32,000 nucleotides of DNA from Candidatus Iainarchaeum sp. Its GTDB lineage: Archaea; Iainarchaeota; Iainarchaeia; Iainarchaeales; CSSED10-239. Below are positions 1-8,541 of the stretch, piece by piece (position 1 is the first letter of the stretch; each line of letters starts with the position of its first letter). The notes under the pieces are model-generated. The model was given only the letters and a program-made list of their open reading frames with translations. It was not told where the DNA came from and did no database searches. The DNA lies in assembly GCA_037441475.1 (NCBI GenBank), contig JBBISB010000001.1:216418-248417 (forward strand), written 5' to 3'. Both the position numbers and the translations under genes were made by a program.

Positions 1-917
1 TCTTGAAGTTCTTTTACTTTTTCTAAAAGACCCTCTAAATCACCAAAACCTAAGATTCTTGAAAGATATCTATTGGCATCAAAAATTTCTAAGTCATCAA
101 CCTTTTCTCCTGTACCTATATAGAAGATAGGGGAGCTTGTTATGTAACATGCGGTTAGGGCACCACCACCTTTAGCAGAACCATCAAGCTTTGTTACAAC
201 TACTCCTTGTATACCAACAGCTTGGTTGAAGTTTTCTGCTTGTTCCTTTGCAGCCTGTCCAATATCTGCAGAAATTACTAAGAAAGAATATTTTGGTTTA
301 AAGGCAGAATATATCTCCTTAAGCTCCTTTGAAAGCTCTTCATCTAAAGCAGATCTTCCTGCTGAATCAACAATTATTAGGTTTGCACCTTTCTTTTTTA
401 AGAAACTAAGACCATCCTCTGTTATTTTTTTTGCAGAAGAATTTCCTTTTTCACCATAAAATAAACAATCAACTTGTTTTGATAACTGCTCTAGTTGTTC
501 ATAAGCAGCTGGCCTATAGACATCTGCTGCTATTACACCAACCTTAAAGCCTCTTTTCTTATAGAACTTTGCAAGCTTTGCAGCTGTGGTTGTTTTACCA
601 GAACCAAAAAGACCACAAAGAAGAATGGATTCTGGGTTTTCAGGAAGCTTTATCTGTTCTCTTCCACCAATGTACTTTAGGATAACATCATAACAGGTTT
701 TTACTAAATGTTCTTTTCTTGTAAGACCCTCTGGTATCTTTTCAAAGGCCTCAATTTCTATTTCTTTTGAGATTTTTAAAACTAGTTGTACGTTTACATC
801 TGAAGAGATTAAAGCTCTTTGGATGTCCTTTATGACTTCCTTTATTAAATCCTTATCGACATGCATTGAGTTTTTGATTTTATCAATTGCACTCTTTAAT
901 TTATCTCCAAAACCCAT
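1..917 (-). CDS. srp54: Signal recognition particle GTPase SRP54, N-terminal ~305 aa; the C-terminal part runs off the left edge
   Basis: Own minus-strand translation from ATG 917..915: MGFGDKLKSAIDKIKNS...LLCGLFGSGKTTTAAKLAKFY...LIIVDSAGRSALDEE...GVVVTKLDGSAKGGGALTA. This is an SRP N-domain plus SRP-type GTPase motifs. Absent from the ORF track because it is truncated. Confidence 0.9.
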   Translation of the reverse strand, partial: MGFGDKLKSAIDKIKNSMHVDKDLIKEVIKDIQRALISSDVNVQLVLKISKEIEIEAFEKIPEGLTRKEHLVKTCYDVILKYIGGREQIKLPENPESILLCGLFGSGKTTTAAKLAKFYKKRGFKVGVIAADVYRPAAYEQLEQLSKQVDCLFYGEKGNSSAKKITEDGLSFLKKKGANLIIVDSAGRSALDEELSKELKEIYSAFKPKYSFLVISADIGQAAKEQAENFNQAVGIQGVVVTKLDGSAKGGGALTACYITSSPIFYIGTGEKVDDLEIFDANRYLSRILGFGDLEGLLEKVKELQ

Positions 918-1062
918 ATTTAAAAACGTTTGTATGTTTTTTAATATTATATTATATATAATATATCAAAAGATATAAATATAAATTGATTTAAAGAGAA
1001 TATATTTAAATATAGTTAAAAAGTTATTCTTTTATTTGAAGAATATATAGAAGGTGAAAGAA

Positions 1063-1479
1063 ATGCCGAAACCAAAAACAAATAAAAATCCTTTCTTAGA
1101 AAAAATAAAAAAACTAAAAAGACCAAGAGATATAACCCTGACAACAAAACCAACACCAAATAAGTTTAATGCAGAGAAACAAATGATATTAAGTCAATCA
1201 AAAAATTCTCAACAAGCATTAAGAGAGATTGGAAATAAAAGTAGAAATATTGAAAAAAATATTAATGAAAAAGCATCTCGTGTTTTAAAAGTAAAAGCAA
1301 GTTCTTTAGAGATTAGTGAAACAAGGATAAAAAATATAACTGCAAATATTGAAAGAGTAATTAAGGATAAAACTATTGATAAAAAACAAAAAGAATTATT
1401 CTTAAGAATACTACAAAAACAACTTGAAAGTGCAAAAGAACAGTATATGATTGAAAGAATTAAAAAAGAGTGTAGGTGA
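1063..1479 (+). CDS. Hypothetical Lys-rich, predicted coiled-coil protein (138 aa)
   Basis: ORF-track ORF 1054..1479. The GTG at 1054 lies inside an AGGTGA Shine-Dalgarno motif, so ATG 1063 is the likelier start. No recognisable domain. Confidence 0.5.
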   Translation: MPKPKTNKNPFLEKIKKLKRPRDITLTTKPTPNKFNAEKQMILSQSKNSQQALREIGNKSRNIEKNINEKASRVLKVKASSLEISETRIKNITANIERVIKDKTIDKKQKELFLRILQKQLESAKEQYMIERIKKECR

Positions 1480-1486
1480 TTTTAAA

Positions 1487-1609
1487 ATGCCAGGACCAAA
1501 GAAAAAACCATTAATTCAACAAAAGAAACCAAAAAACTTACCACAATCAGATAAAGAGGTTATGGAAAGATTTAAAAAAAGTGTTAAAGAAGCATTTAAT
1601 AAAAAATAG
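1487..1609 (+). CDS. Small basic hypothetical protein (40 aa, MPGPKKKPLIQQKKPKNLPQSDKEVMERFKKSVKEAFNKK)
   Basis: Own translation; below the ORF-track size cutoff. AGGTGA lies 7 nt upstream of the ATG and overlaps the stop codon of the preceding ORF, which suggests coupling. Confidence 0.35.
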   Translation: MPGPKKKPLIQQKKPKNLPQSDKEVMERFKKSVKEAFNKK

Positions 1610-1616
1610 ATTAAGC

Positions 1617-1925
1617 ATGGATGAAAGAATTAACCAAAAACTAATAGAGCTTAAGCTTAGAAACTACTTAGATAGATTTTCTAAGCGTAGGCATATTGAA
1701 AAAGACATTTCTGATTTCATGGCACTTGTAAAAAAGATACAAGAACATAAGACCATGAAAGAGAACCCTACTTTTAAAAGTATCATAAACCAAACATATG
1801 AAAGAATAATGGATATTAAACAAAAAACTAAAGAAGCAGAAATATCTAAAAAACATATGGAAAAACTTGCAAGAGAAAGAAGAAGTGTTTTAGAAAAGCA
1901 CTTTAAAAAAAATAGACCTAAATGA
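1617..1925 (+). CDS. Hypothetical basic helical protein (102 aa from ATG 1617)
   Basis: ORF-track ORF 1581..1925. The first ATG in frame is at 1617 (MDERINQKLIEL...). Its 3' end overlaps the ftsY stop convergently by 8 nt. No recognisable domain. Confidence 0.45.
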   Translation: MDERINQKLIELKLRNYLDRFSKRRHIEKDISDFMALVKKIQEHKTMKENPTFKSIINQTYERIMDIKQKTKEAEISKKHMEKLARERRSVLEKHFKKNRPK

Positions 1926-3372
1926 TTCTTTCTATAATATACTCAGGAGAAAATTTTTCTATATCCTGATACTCTTGACCTGTACCTATATAGAAAATAG
2001 GTTTTTTAAGTTCATTAAGAATAGATATTGCAACACCGCCTTTTGGATCAGTATCTATTTTTGTTAAAATAACACCGGTTATGCCAATCTCCTTATCAAA
2101 CTTCTCTATCTGTTCAACAATTGCTTGACCTGCTTGAGACTCTCCAATATAGATTGTAAGATGAGGCTTTACTACTCTTTTTATTTTTGAAAGCTCCTGC
2201 ATTAGATTAACATTTGTATCTTGTCTACCAGCAGTGTCTATTAGAACCACATCTATCTTATTTGCTTTAGCTGAAGCAACTGCATCAAAGGCAACTGCTG
2301 CTGGGTCTGAACCGTAGTTTTGTTTAACAACCCTTACACCTAGTCTTTTTGCATGAACCTCTAGTTGATCAATACTTCCTGCTCTGAAAGTATCACTTGA
2401 AGCAAGTACTACAGATTTTCCTTTTTCCTTGTAAAGGTGTGCAAACTTTGAGATTGTGGTTGTCTTTCCAGCACCGTTTGGTCCTATTATTAAGATGATT
2501 AATGGTTCTTCTTTTTCTTTTTTTATGTAATTTTCAATATCACAATCTATGTTTAGTTGTACTTTTAGAGTTTCTTTTATCTTTTCTTTAATATCCTCTA
2601 AAAGATTTGATTTTGAGAAAGAGAAGTCAAGAAGTCTTTTCTTTAGATCCTCTATGATTGCTGAAGAAGAGTCAATGGAGACATCTGCTTCTAGAAGAGA
2701 TATTTCAAAATCCTCTAGAAAAGAGGAGATTTCTTTTTCAGGAAGTTTTACCTTTGAAGAAAAAATACTTTTTATCTTTGTTAAAGTGCTTTTTTTAACT
2801 TCCTCAACCTTCTTTCCCTCAAGCTCTTGATAGGCTTTTGATGGTTCTTTAATTTCTTTTGCAGTTTCTTCTTCAATAGACGAGTGTCCAAGATTTAAAG
2901 AGTCTTTTTCAATTACTTTTTCTTCTTTTTTAAACACGGGTTTAACTTCTTCTTGTTTGAAAGAAGATTTAACTTCTTCTTGTTTGAAAGAAGGCTTTAC
3001 TTCTTCTTTTACATCTTCCTTAAGAAAGGGAGATTTTTCAAAAGAAGGTTTTGTAGAAGTTATTTTTTCACTAACCTCTTCGGCCACGCCTTTCTGTCCA
3101 AGATTTGTAGCAAAGGCTTCATCAGAAGGTAACTTAACATCTTCAATAGCTTCAACATTATCAGAAGAACTTACATAATCAAAAGAGGCTTCATCATCAA
3201 AAGAGTCTTTATCAATAAAATCATTTACTGGTTTTAAAGTATTTTGATCTTGAGAAACATGTTGACTTTCAGAAGACTTAACTACTTCCTTTTCAGAATC
3301 AATCTTTTCTTTGGATTTTCCAAATATCTTCTCTGACAAATCATTAAATTTCTTTTTTAAAAGACCAAACAT
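1918..3372 (-). CDS. ftsY: SRP receptor FtsY with a long acidic, repeat-containing N-terminal region
   Basis: The C-terminal 300 aa carry SRP-GTPase motifs: IIGPNGAGKTTTISKFAHLY, LIDTAGRQ, GVILTKIDTDPKGG. The position next to pfdA matches the conserved archaeal neighbourhood. Confidence 0.92.
   Translation of the reverse strand: MFGLLKKKFNDLSEKIFGKSKEKIDSEKEVVKSSESQHVSQDQNTLKPVNDFIDKDSFDDEASFDYVSSSDNVEAIEDVKLPSDEAFATNLGQKGVAEEVSEKITSTKPSFEKSPFLKEDVKEEVKPSFKQEEVKSSFKQEEVKPVFKKEEKVIEKDSLNLGHSSIEEETAKEIKEPSKAYQELEGKKVEEVKKSTLTKIKSIFSSKVKLPEKEISSFLEDFEISLLEADVSIDSSSAIIEDLKKRLLDFSFSKSNLLEDIKEKIKETLKVQLNIDCDIENYIKKEKEEPLIILIIGPNGAGKTTTISKFAHLYKEKGKSVVLASSDTFRAGSIDQLEVHAKRLGVRVVKQNYGSDPAAVAFDAVASAKANKIDVVLIDTAGRQDTNVNLMQELSKIKRVVKPHLTIYIGESQAGQAIVEQIEKFDKEIGITGVILTKIDTDPKGGVAISILNELKKPIFYIGTGQEYQDIEKFSPEYIIERII
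2941..2994. repeat. Coding tandem repeat, 2 x 27 bp (26/27 identical) plus a degenerate third copy
   Basis: tttaacttcttcttgtttgaaagaaga / ...aagg read directly from the sequence. It encodes the EEVKxSFKQ repeats in the FtsY N-terminal region. Confidence 0.8.
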
Positions 3373-3423
3373 TTTTAAAAAACCCCTTAATTTTAAAAAA
3401 AAGTAAATTTAAAAGAAATAAAT

Positions 3424-3894
3424 CTAACTTACTGTATTAGATTCATTCTTCTTTGAATCTTCTTTATGCATAACTTCAAGTGCCTTTGAAATCTGCTGTA
3501 AAGTGTTAACTGTATTATTATAATTTTCAGAAAACTGCATCTTAATATCAGAAAGCTCTTTCTTTCTATTATCAATATCAGCTATGACAGTATCAATATC
3601 TTTTGAAACAATGATTGTTCCAGGAAGAGATATCTTAACTTCCTTAGTGTTATCAATCTTACACTCAACTAATATTCCAGCACCTACATTAATAAGTAAG
3701 CTATCTGAAGATTTAATTTTCTTAATTTCATTTAAGGTATTTTCAGCTTTTGAAATTTCTAAAAAAAGATTATCAATTTCTTGAAGTCTTTGAGTAATTC
3801 CCTTAAGTTCGTTTTCCTTAGATCTATAAAGTGAAATGGTTTGATCTTTATTAAGTCTAATAGTTTTTGTTTCTTTTGCATTATTAGTAGTCAT
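3424..3894 (-). CDS. pfdA: Prefoldin alpha subunit
   Basis: 156 aa with a coiled-coil / central beta-hairpin / coiled-coil layout (LINVGAGILVECKIDNTKEVKISLPGTIIV). AAGGAGTGA SD upstream. Conserved position between aIF6 and ftsY. Confidence 0.8.
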   Translation of the reverse strand: MTTNNAKETKTIRLNKDQTISLYRSKENELKGITQRLQEIDNLFLEISKAENTLNEIKKIKSSDSLLINVGAGILVECKIDNTKEVKISLPGTIIVSKDIDTVIADIDNRKKELSDIKMQFSENYNNTVNTLQQISKALEVMHKEDSKKNESNTVS

Positions 3895-3901
3895 AAATAT
3901 T

Positions 3902-4588
3902 TCACTCCTTTAATAAATTATCATGCATTAAAACAACATCATCAACTTTCATAAGTTCGATGTTACTTGTGTTATCCCCAACTAAGACAGCATGTTTATT
4001 TGCAATAACATCATTACCAACAAATAAATCACCATAGTTAAGTGTACTTGCAATACCTTCAACCTTAAATTTCTTTTTTAAATAGTTAAAGTCTTTCTCA
4101 TCAATATTAGGGTTTACAATGAATAAATAATCATTAGCATACATAATACTTCCTAAAACATCTAAAGAAAGAATGCTTTTCTTTTCAATAGTTATTCCGA
4201 AAAAATCAGAAATTTCAGCAATTGTTTTATCAGAAAGAATAGGGCTTGCAAAACCATAGTTTGAGTTAAGAGAAACAAGATTTCCTAAAGCATTATACTC
4301 TTCTTTAACAACTTTTACTGTAATTCCATTTTTTTCTAAAATTTCAATTTCATAAGGCTTTATTGAGTTCTTGCAAACAACAACTTTGTTTTTATGTGCT
4401 AAAAGATAAACTCCAACAAGTGGAGAATCATTTATGGATGTCTTGATTATCTTTGTATTCATTATTTTAGCAATGTTTGTTTCTTCCTTTTTTAAAATGT
4501 TTCCAGGAACAATACAAAAATCATCTGTACACACTGAGTAGACTCCTAAGAAAGGAGTATTACTTATTTTTGCTTTTGCAAGTCTCAT
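3902..4588 (-). CDS. eif6: Translation initiation factor 6 (aIF6)
   Basis: 228 aa, the typical aIF6 length, with pentein-repeat-like periodic segments (PFLGVY, SPLVGVY, ALGNLVS, DVLGSIM, FVGNDVIAN). Lies beside L31e as in other archaea. Confidence 0.88.
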   Translation of the reverse strand: MRLAKAKISNTPFLGVYSVCTDDFCIVPGNILKKEETNIAKIMNTKIIKTSINDSPLVGVYLLAHKNKVVVCKNSIKPYEIEILEKNGITVKVVKEEYNALGNLVSLNSNYGFASPILSDKTIAEISDFFGITIEKKSILSLDVLGSIMYANDYLFIVNPNIDEKDFNYLKKKFKVEGIASTLNYGDLFVGNDVIANKHAVLVGDNTSNIELMKVDDVVLMHDNLLKE

Positions 4589-4641
4589 ATAAAATCTTAT
4601 TTTTTATTTTTTTTTGATTAAAACAAAAGAAAAAACCTTTG

Positions 4642-5121
4642 CTACTTTACTTCAGTAGCTTTTTCTTCTTTAGAAGCTTCTACTTTTTCAGTAGTCTTTT
4701 CTTTAGAGATAGGTTTTTTAGTTTCTGTTTTCTTTGGTGTGGTTTCTTTTTTAGCTGCTGGTTTTGTTGTAGGGTTTTGTATATTTTCCTTTATTTCAGC
4801 AACTTTGTCTTTTATAGATTTATTTTCTTTAACTACTTTTGCTTTATTAAAGAAATTTTCAATCTCTTTTGAGTCTTTTAAGAAAACATAAACCTTGTCG
4901 TCTTTCATTCTTATAGATATTGCTACTCTTCTAGGTGGTTTTTGAATTCCTCTTTTCCAGATAAATTCATTAACTTCCTTTGCAATAATAATATCTTCTT
5001 TTTTCTTTCTTGTGTGCTTATATAAAAAATCAAAAATTTCTTTGACAGCAACATTTGATCTTCTTGTTCTAGGTTTTTCATAAGCTCTTTTTAATGGTAC
5101 CATGTAGCTTTCTGCAGGCAT
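4642..5121 (-). CDS. rpl31e: 50S ribosomal protein L31e with a Lys-rich C-terminal extension of ~60 aa
   Basis: VPLKRAYEKPRTRRSNVAVKEI...EFIWKRGIQKPPRRVAISI matches the L31e core. GGTGA SD upstream of the ATG. Confidence 0.85.
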   Translation of the reverse strand: MPAESYMVPLKRAYEKPRTRRSNVAVKEIFDFLYKHTRKKKEDIIIAKEVNEFIWKRGIQKPPRRVAISIRMKDDKVYVFLKDSKEIENFFNKAKVVKENKSIKDKVAEIKENIQNPTTKPAAKKETTPKKTETKKPISKEKTTEKVEASKEEKATEVK

Positions 5122-5128
5122 AATCTAT

Positions 5129-5449
5129 TCACCTTTTTTTCTTTATAAATTTTTTAGGTATAATAGTAGTATTCCTATTTCTTACCTTTCTTGTTACTGA
5201 CTTTGAAGACCTTACTCTTTTTCCGCTCTTAAAATAAGTCTTGTCTTTTGCTCTTTCTTGATCTTCTTTTAATTGCTTATATTGAGCACCAAATTCTGTT
5301 TCTTTCCAGTTTCTTTTCTGTCTTCTATTCCAGATTCTTTTTCCTGCTTTTTGAATAATCCAAACAGGAGTATTCATGTACCCAGGACCAACTTTTTTTC
5401 TTTGAGCTATTAAAAACTCTTTAAATTCTTTATCTTTATTTCTTGCCAT
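5129..5449 (-). CDS. rpl39e: 50S ribosomal protein L39e, about twice the usual length (106 aa)
   Basis: The N-terminal ~53 aa (MARNKDKEFKEFLIAQRKK...TPVWIIQKAGKRIWNRRQKRNWKETEF) match the ~51-aa L39e pattern. The remainder is a basic tail of unknown origin. Confidence 0.75.
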   Translation of the reverse strand: MARNKDKEFKEFLIAQRKKVGPGYMNTPVWIIQKAGKRIWNRRQKRNWKETEFGAQYKQLKEDQERAKDKTYFKSGKRVRSSKSVTRKVRNRNTTIIPKKFIKKKR

Positions 5450-5491
5450 AAATTTTCAACCCCTAAAAAACTATTTATTAGTTTCTACCTC

Positions 5492-5974
5492 TTATTTAGG
5501 CTTTTCTTGTTTTACTTTTTTTTCAAGAGGTTCTTTTCTTACTTCTTTAGGAGAAACTTTAGATAAATCGCTTGCCATTTTATCAAGATACTTTTGACCC
5601 TTAGAAGTTATAACTCTTCCGTCTTTTTTATCTGATATTTTTACAAAACCTAATTTTTCTAAGTCTTGCAGACAAACTCTAATAATTTTTCCACCTGATT
5701 TTCTAAAAATCTCTGGTCTTACACCTCTGTTCTTACGTCCACCATAGTAATTTCTTAAAGAATTTACATTAACGTTTCCAGAAATATATACTTTTCTTAA
5801 AATAGACGCCATTCTTATAAACCACCAGTCTGGATTGTCTGGGGTTCTTTCTCTATGAGAGCCGGTTTTTACAAATGCGGCAAACTCTGGCATCTTGACA
5901 CCCTTTTTTTCTTTAAGGTCCTTTGCGACCATATTTATTAAGGTGTGTGGATTTACATCTTTAACACTTGTCAA
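5492..5974 (-). CDS. rps19e: 30S ribosomal protein S19e
   Basis: VKDVNPHTLINMVAKDLK...PDNPDWWFIRMASILRKVY...GGRKNRGVRP is S19e-like. The start is TTG 5974..5972, preceded by a strong GAGGTGAT SD. Confidence 0.9.
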   Translation of the reverse strand: MTSVKDVNPHTLINMVAKDLKEKKGVKMPEFAAFVKTGSHRERTPDNPDWWFIRMASILRKVYISGNVNVNSLRNYYGGRKNRGVRPEIFRKSGGKIIRVCLQDLEKLGFVKISDKKDGRVITSKGQKYLDKMASDLSKVSPKEVRKEPLEKKVKQEKPK

Positions 5975-6154
5975 GAGTTATCACCTCATGTTTATATCAA
6001 ATATATCTTTACAGAATATATTCTCATTTTTAGATCTTTTTGTTAATACTTAATTGTTTTAAACTAAAAAAAGTCTATTAATATATAATATAGGTAGAGT
6101 TCTATTTATATATGTTTCTTTATGTTGAAAAAACCGAAAAATTAATCAAAATTA

Positions 6155-6460
6155 CTATAAAGAAATTTTCTTAATGTAACTACATGAAAGACAATTAATT
6201 TTTAAATATTTTTTAATATTTCCATTCTTTTTTTCACTAATAGTCCTTATCTTTGTATTCTCCAAAGACCTTATAGAAAAACATTTCTTGCACACCTTTC
6301 TATGAACCTCTTTAGGCATCCTGTAGTTTATGTTTTTAGCTAAAAGAAAAGATATTTTTATGTAATCATAGATATAAGGATTATTTTCTTGTTTTTGAGA
6401 AATTGCAAAGTCTATTAAAAAATTAATTTTTTCAATAACTTTCTTTTTATCTTTAACCAT
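6155..6460 (-). CDS. rnp4: RNase P protein component 4 (Rpp21/Rnp4 family)
   Basis: 101 aa. An N-terminal helical part is followed by a zinc ribbon, CKKC...(26 aa)...CLSC. Size and layout are typical of archaeal Rpp21. Confidence 0.7.
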   Translation of the reverse strand: MVKDKKKVIEKINFLIDFAISQKQENNPYIYDYIKISFLLAKNINYRMPKEVHRKVCKKCFSIRSLENTKIRTISEKKNGNIKKYLKINCLSCSYIKKISL

Positions 6461-6531
6461 ATATAAAAAATCGCCTATAAGCTTTATTATTGCATGTCAA
6501 CAACGCCTGCAAGCTTGGCTAAAAGCTTAAG

Positions 6532-6603
6532 TACACTCGCCGGGGTTCGAACCCGGGCCGAAAGCTTGGCAAGCTCCCATACTAACCACTATACTACGAG
6601 TGT
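6532..6603 (-). tRNA. tRNA-Gly (anticodon GCC)
   Basis: Hand-folded minus strand: ACACTCG-TA-GTAT-AGTGGTTA-GTAT-G-GGAGC-TTGCCAA-GCTTT-CGGC-CCGGG-TTCGAAC-CCCGG-CGAGTGT-A. It has a 7-bp acceptor stem, a canonical T arm, and wobble pairs in the D stem. No encoded CCA. Confidence 0.8.
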
Positions 6604-6627
6604 CTATATATTATTTAAGAAGATAAA

Positions 6628-6637
6628 TATTTATAAA
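6628..6637 (-). promoter_or_regulatory. Putative archaeal TATA box for tRNA-Gly
   Basis: TTTATAAATA on the minus strand spans about -25 to -34 relative to the tRNA 5' end. Position-based call only, in AT-rich DNA. Confidence 0.35.
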
Positions 6638-6657
6638 TAGATTTGATTTTAAAAAAA

Positions 6658-8448
6658 CTACTCTTCCTTCCTCTTATGGTTTATCAAATAAACAATTAAA
6701 GTTAAAATAATAAAACCAAGAACTACAAAAATACCCTTTAGATAACCTTTATCATACTCTTTAACCACTAAAGAGTTATCAACAGGCACCTTACCAGAAA
6801 CTAAGGAGTTATCATCAACTTTTCCACCCTGGTTTAAAGTCTCTTCAATCACATTAACATCCTTTTCTATAACAATAACCTTATCATCATATATATAATA
6901 ACTTTGAGAAGAGGAATAATCTTGAGAAAGATCTAAAGTAAATCTACTTTCTTTAGTAACATTAAATTTTCTAGAAAAATTACTTACAGTGTTTGAAGGA
7001 ACAGTTAAAAGTTGATTTGTAATAGAACCATTATTATTAAAATCAAGATTAATACTCTTAATAACATTAGTGTAATTAATAACATCAAAACTAAGATTTA
7101 AAACATCTTTATCTAAATAAAAAAGAGGATCAGTTACAAAGAAAGCCTCTTGAAAATATCCTTCATTCTTATAAACTTCTAAGTTTCCAGAAAAATCACT
7201 TACCTGAGACTTAAGATTAAAACCATATGTCTTATAATAGTTTGAAGGAACATAAACATTATCAGCAACTAAATAAAAAGAAATTTCTTCTTCCTTAAAT
7301 GGTTCTAAATACATTATCTTATATTTATTTTCAGGATAGATTAATGTAAAATCAGAATGTATGCTTAACATAAAAAGCATAGATATAGCTCTTGATGTTG
7401 TGTTTGTTATTTTTGCAGTTATGAAGAAAGCTGAACCTTCTTTTATTTTTTCAGGATATGAAAAATCAACATTCACTGTATTTGAATAACCTAAGTCAGA
7501 ATAACTCTTATGTTCATTTATTTTAAAATCAGCTTTCTTTTCTCCAAACCTTAAAGTAACATCTCCATAAGCTGTTACCCTATCTTTAATCTCAGAAGGA
7601 TCAAAAGCACGAGATATTAAAAGATGACTTGCATCAACTAAACCAACCTCTCCAAAAGTAGGGTCTGCAAAAATCCATCCTTGCCCAGGAATATATATTT
7701 CAAGCCAAGCATGTGCTTGCCAATCAAGAGTACTGTTTGCATAACCAGTAACATACCTTGTAGGAAAACCTCTCTCTCTTAAAAGAGAAGCAGCTAAAAT
7801 AGAAAACTCAGAACATACTCCTTTTCTTTCAGCTAAAACGTTTACAGCTTCAACAACTTTTTCAGAATAGCTTATATCATACTCAACATAGTTATATGTC
7901 CAGTTAATAATGTTTGTAAGCTCTTTTAGAGCATTATCTGATTTTCTTATAAATCTAGAGGTAGATATTATTTCACTTCTATCAGAGTTAATGTATCTTG
8001 TAGGTAAAGTGTATTCCTTGTATTCTTCTATTTTATTTTCAAGAGAAAAAATATCTTCTGAAAAAACAATTTTATTTTCAGAGATTATTTTAGCATCAAT
8101 ATAAAAGATATACTCTCCTTTTGTTATTTTAGAAACTTCAAAAACAGCAAACCTATTTCCATACTCATCCTCTGTAAAGGTTGCAGGTATCTTTTGTCCT
8201 GCTTCTAAATAATAGGCCTCTAAAGTAACTGTTTGGTTTCTAGAGTTAATAAAGACTGGTGTTGTTAAGGTAAAGGATCCATTTTCAGAATATCTATCTA
8301 TATAGATAGGTGTTTGTAAAGAAACATTTACATCCATGTATTTAGTTTTAATAACATCAAAGTCCAAGGATTGATTAATAGGCTCTAAATAAGCAAAAGG
8401 GATTATTAGAGATAACATTAAAATAACTACTAAAACATTAAATTTCAT
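6658..8448 (-). CDS. Membrane-anchored extracellular transglutaminase-like cysteine protease/crosslinking enzyme
   Basis: N-terminal signal/TM segment (MKFNVLVVILMLSLIIPFA). Core GVCSEFSILAASLLRERGFPTRYVTGY...AHAWLEIYIPGQGWIFADPT carries the Cys-His-Asp transglutaminase-core signature. C-terminal TM plus KRKEE tail. Confidence 0.8.
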   Translation of the reverse strand: MKFNVLVVILMLSLIIPFAYLEPINQSLDFDVIKTKYMDVNVSLQTPIYIDRYSENGSFTLTTPVFINSRNQTVTLEAYYLEAGQKIPATFTEDEYGNRFAVFEVSKITKGEYIFYIDAKIISENKIVFSEDIFSLENKIEEYKEYTLPTRYINSDRSEIISTSRFIRKSDNALKELTNIINWTYNYVEYDISYSEKVVEAVNVLAERKGVCSEFSILAASLLRERGFPTRYVTGYANSTLDWQAHAWLEIYIPGQGWIFADPTFGEVGLVDASHLLISRAFDPSEIKDRVTAYGDVTLRFGEKKADFKINEHKSYSDLGYSNTVNVDFSYPEKIKEGSAFFITAKITNTTSRAISMLFMLSIHSDFTLIYPENKYKIMYLEPFKEEEISFYLVADNVYVPSNYYKTYGFNLKSQVSDFSGNLEVYKNEGYFQEAFFVTDPLFYLDKDVLNLSFDVINYTNVIKSINLDFNNNGSITNQLLTVPSNTVSNFSRKFNVTKESRFTLDLSQDYSSSQSYYIYDDKVIVIEKDVNVIEETLNQGGKVDDNSLVSGKVPVDNSLVVKEYDKGYLKGIFVVLGFIILTLIVYLINHKRKEE

Positions 8449-8541
8449 ACAAAAAATTATATACCGTAATATTTATAAAATAAAGTAATAATGATATATG
8501 TTATATATATATCTTAAAAAACTATAAAAATAAGAAAAAAT

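Noticed and set aside
1054-1062. GTG starts proposed by the ORF track at 1054 and 31917
   Set aside because: Both GTGs are the core of an AGGTGA(T) Shine-Dalgarno motif, and each lies a few nt upstream of an in-frame ATG (1063 and 31908). The ATGs are the better starts.
2549-2830. Antisense or alternative-frame ORFs listed in the track. Examples: 226..459, 495..680, 1668..1856, 2549..2830, 2957..3178, 3584..3784, 4639..4872, 7910..8104, 8616..8843, 10457..10708, 10594..10803, 11386..11655, 12411..12674, 13033..13230, 17253..17435, 23896..24096, 24654..24875, 28621..29031, 29107..29325
   Set aside because: Each lies entirely inside a longer ORF with clear homology or better coding logic. Their translations are Phe/Ser/Leu/Ile-rich low-complexity, as expected from reading Lys/Glu-rich AT-biased genes on the opposite strand or out of frame.
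6478-6575. Repeated GCCAAGCTT / AAGCTT motifs around tRNA-Gly: the 9-nt copy of the anticodon-loop region recurs downstream at 6511..6519. This raised the possibility of an integration att site, or of a split or duplicated tRNA.
   Set aside because: The duplicate is only 9 nt and covers the anticodon arm rather than the tRNA 3' end, which is what integrases typically duplicate. No integrase or mobile genes are nearby. AAGCTT is self-complementary, so the downstream AAGCTT-ttagcc-AAGCTT is more simply a small hairpin between the tRNA and rnp4.
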